Assembly (NCBI RefSeq): GCF_006345805.1
Contig: NW_021835368.1
Span: forward strand, 1-40,654
Source: Octopus sinensis
Taxonomy: Eukaryota
Direction of reading: 5' to 3'
Length of the DNA: 40,654 nucleotides
How positions within the stretch are numbered: position 1 is the first letter of the stretch; every line of letters starts with the position of its first letter. Under the pieces are notes generated by a model, which was not told the DNA's origin, ran no database searches, and was given only the letters and a program-made list of their open reading frames with translations. A program made the position numbers and the translations under genes. Shown here one piece after another: positions 38,325 to 40,654 of this stretch.

Positions 38325-38480
38325 CCCTTTCTACTTTGGGCACAGGGATCGAAATTTTGGGGGAGGGGGCTAGACGATTACATCGACAAAAATGTTTACC
38401 TCGTACTTCTTTCGGCGACATTGGAAAGATGAACGACAAAATCGACGTCGGCGAAATTTGAACTCTGAACTCAAAGACGT
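38325..38480 (-). mobile_element. SINE family A, old form, decayed
   Basis: ccctttctactttgggcacagg...gggggagggggctagacgattacatcgac...aaatcgacgtcggcgaaatttgaactc. Confidence 0.75.
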
Positions 38481-38530
38481 ACAATGTTTTGCAAACATCT
38501 TGCACATGCAAGTGCTATAGGAAGCCAGCA

Positions 38531-38749
38531 TGTGTATGGAGTCATCAGGCGAAAATGCGCGCCGTTTCGGCGCCTACCTCTCGACGGCATCATTGCGCAC
38601 CTCACTGAGATGAGGCCCCGCTTGCTAGATCAACTGGTTGTCAAATAAAGCTTAATAAATATTCTTGTAGCCATCGCTCATCGTCTACTTTTAACCAGAT
38701 CCAGTGGCTGACCTTTTCCCCTGTAGTTCATGATAGTATTTACTTCACA
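38531..38749 (+). other. CpG-rich LTR-like segment (possible solo LTR)
   Basis: It starts TG and could end CA. It has two AATAAA (38644, 38654) followed by a U5-like tail. I found no matching target-site duplication. Confidence 0.25.
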
Positions 38750-38979
38750 ATGAGCTAGGCCTAACGATAACAGGCATTTTGTGGTAACGATTCTGCCAGA
38801 ACTCTGCCCTCATAATATTATAAACAATAACTCATTTCAAGGATTTAAGCATTTCACTACACATCTTACCATTGGAAATTTGGTTATTATAATAAAAGGG
38901 TCGATCAGATATATTTACTGTATTAAATAACTGAGCGATAGAGAGTGTAGCCGATGCAACGGAGACATTTTATTGAGTA

Positions 38980-39341
38980 CTAGCACTATGACCCGGCGTT
39001 GCCAGGTCATAATGCTAGTGCATGCATATACAGCTTAGTGCGTGCGCAAGAACTGTCCAAATATCCGACCAATCACATAGAGTTGGCTGGCATTCAATTG
39101 GCGTATCAAGTTTCGGGCATTTTGATTGGGTTTTGGATAGAAAATTCACAAAAAGTCACTTCTATTGATTTTTTAATGGCTTTGCTGGGTGACTGAGGAA
39201 ATGTAAAGATGTGCACAACCACCCTTGGTCGGTTTTGGAGAACCATAGAAAGTGCGAGCCCACTAACTGAAAAATTGTGGATTTGTATAAAGATAAACAC
39301 ACACACACACACAGACATTTTGCCATTTATATATAGAGAGA
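38980..39341 (-). mobile_element. Complete non-autonomous Helitron (362 bp)
   Basis: The minus strand begins a|TCTCTCTATATATAAATGG and has a (TG)n tract near its 5' end. It finishes with the GC-rich hairpin gacctgg-caacg-ccgggtc followed by atagtgCTAG|t. That gives 5' TC, 3' CTAG, a subterminal hairpin, insertion between A and T and no target duplication. Confidence 0.9.
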
Positions 39342-40029
39342 TGAAGACGGATTTTTGTTCACGTATAGCACTTGATTGCTAGCAACCAAGAATAGATATC
39401 AGAACGTTCTTGAAAAGTTACCTGCGATAGAATATCCTCGGACGACGAAAAAATTTTTCACACCTCTGCTTAACGGTAGAGAATCTACGCATAAAAATCG
39501 ATCCATTCCTTTCTTAAAGTTGCGAAAATTATTAACTATGTAAAGTAAAAAGTATGCATCTTTCCCCAGAATTATTACGAGCATCATAAAAATAAGCTCA
39601 TGGTAGAAGCATTTATCTATGTGAACACTATGATGTGTGTGTGAATATGTACATTTGTGTGTGTGTGTGTGTGTTCGCTTATACTTCGGTTATAAAAAAA
39701 TTACAAGATAGAACGTGCATCAATGTCGTCTGATTATTATCTTTTTACGCTAATAATTACGTCATTTCTCAATAGAAATCATTGATTTAATACCTGAATA
39801 AATATATACATTACTCTGATTTTTTGCCACTAATGATGAATTATTGGCTGTCAATAGTTCAACTTCATTAAATCCTCTTCAGTACTACCTATACAAATTA
39901 CACATATTCCAGCTATAATTTCATATCACGCTTTCGCTTTTTACTTACTCGTTCCTCCTTGCTTTATCTTATTCTCATTTTCACTCCCTCACTCTTGCTT
40001 TCCTAGTTATTTCTTCATATCCATACATA

Positions 40030-40054
40030 ATATGTGTGTGTGTGGTGTGTATAC

Positions 40055-40086
<32 letters not shown>

Positions 40087-40428
40087 AATGTGTGTGTGTG
40101 TGGTGTACGCATATATCTATGTATATATATGCATGTATGTATAAATATATATATATATTTATTATATATATATATAGGATAGGTATAATAAAGAATGCAT
40201 ATATAGCACGTGTTTGTGTAGATATGTACATATGTGTAAATATATATATGATATATATATATATATATATATATATTGATATTTACATACCAACATATAT
40301 ATTATATATATATATATTATATAATATATATATTATATATATATATATATAATATATATATATATACATATATAATATACAAATACACATATGAATATAT
40401 ATTACATAAATAATGTATATATATGTGT

Positions 40429-40474
<46 letters not shown>

Positions 40475-40480
40475 TATATC
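40030..40480. repeat. Compound (TG)/(TA)/(CA) microsatellite block
   Basis: Visible directly. Confidence 0.88.
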
Positions 40481-40654
40481 GAAGTGCGTTTCCTCCTACT
40501 TTTTCTTTTCTTTCTGTCTCGAGCTGCTGCTCTCCTAATTTCGGTTATGCACAATCTCGCTTACTTAATCAGCATCCCCGCGGCTCAGATGTCATTTGCG
40601 AAATTCATTAAGAACTTTTAGTAAATTCTAGCTAGAAGACTTACTGAATGAAAA

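Overview
This is AT-rich, microsatellite-saturated eukaryotic DNA. The SINE, LINE and DNA-transposon families look like octopus (coleoid cephalopod) repeats; this is inferred from recalled repeat families, not from a search. I cannot support any intact protein-coding gene, tRNA, rRNA or CRISPR array, and nearly all listed ORFs are translated microsatellites. It reads as intronic or intergenic sequence. It carries: (i) two tRNA-derived SINE families in many copies (family A in a young and an old form, and CORE-type family B with an internal microsatellite); (ii) a same-strand cluster of at least four decayed R4/Dong-type non-LTR retrotransposon pieces among (AAT)n tracts at 19-23 kb; (iii) CR1/L2-type and RTE-type LINE remnants; (iv) mariner and Tigger/pogo transposase fossils; (v) a complete 362-bp non-autonomous Helitron. 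The most unusual items are a young SINE body sitting at the same internal site of an older SINE at two loci, a 467-bp foldback, a minimal hammerhead-like motif, a 29-30-bp core-plus-linker array, and a candidate microexon whose splice acceptor lies in a hairpin.
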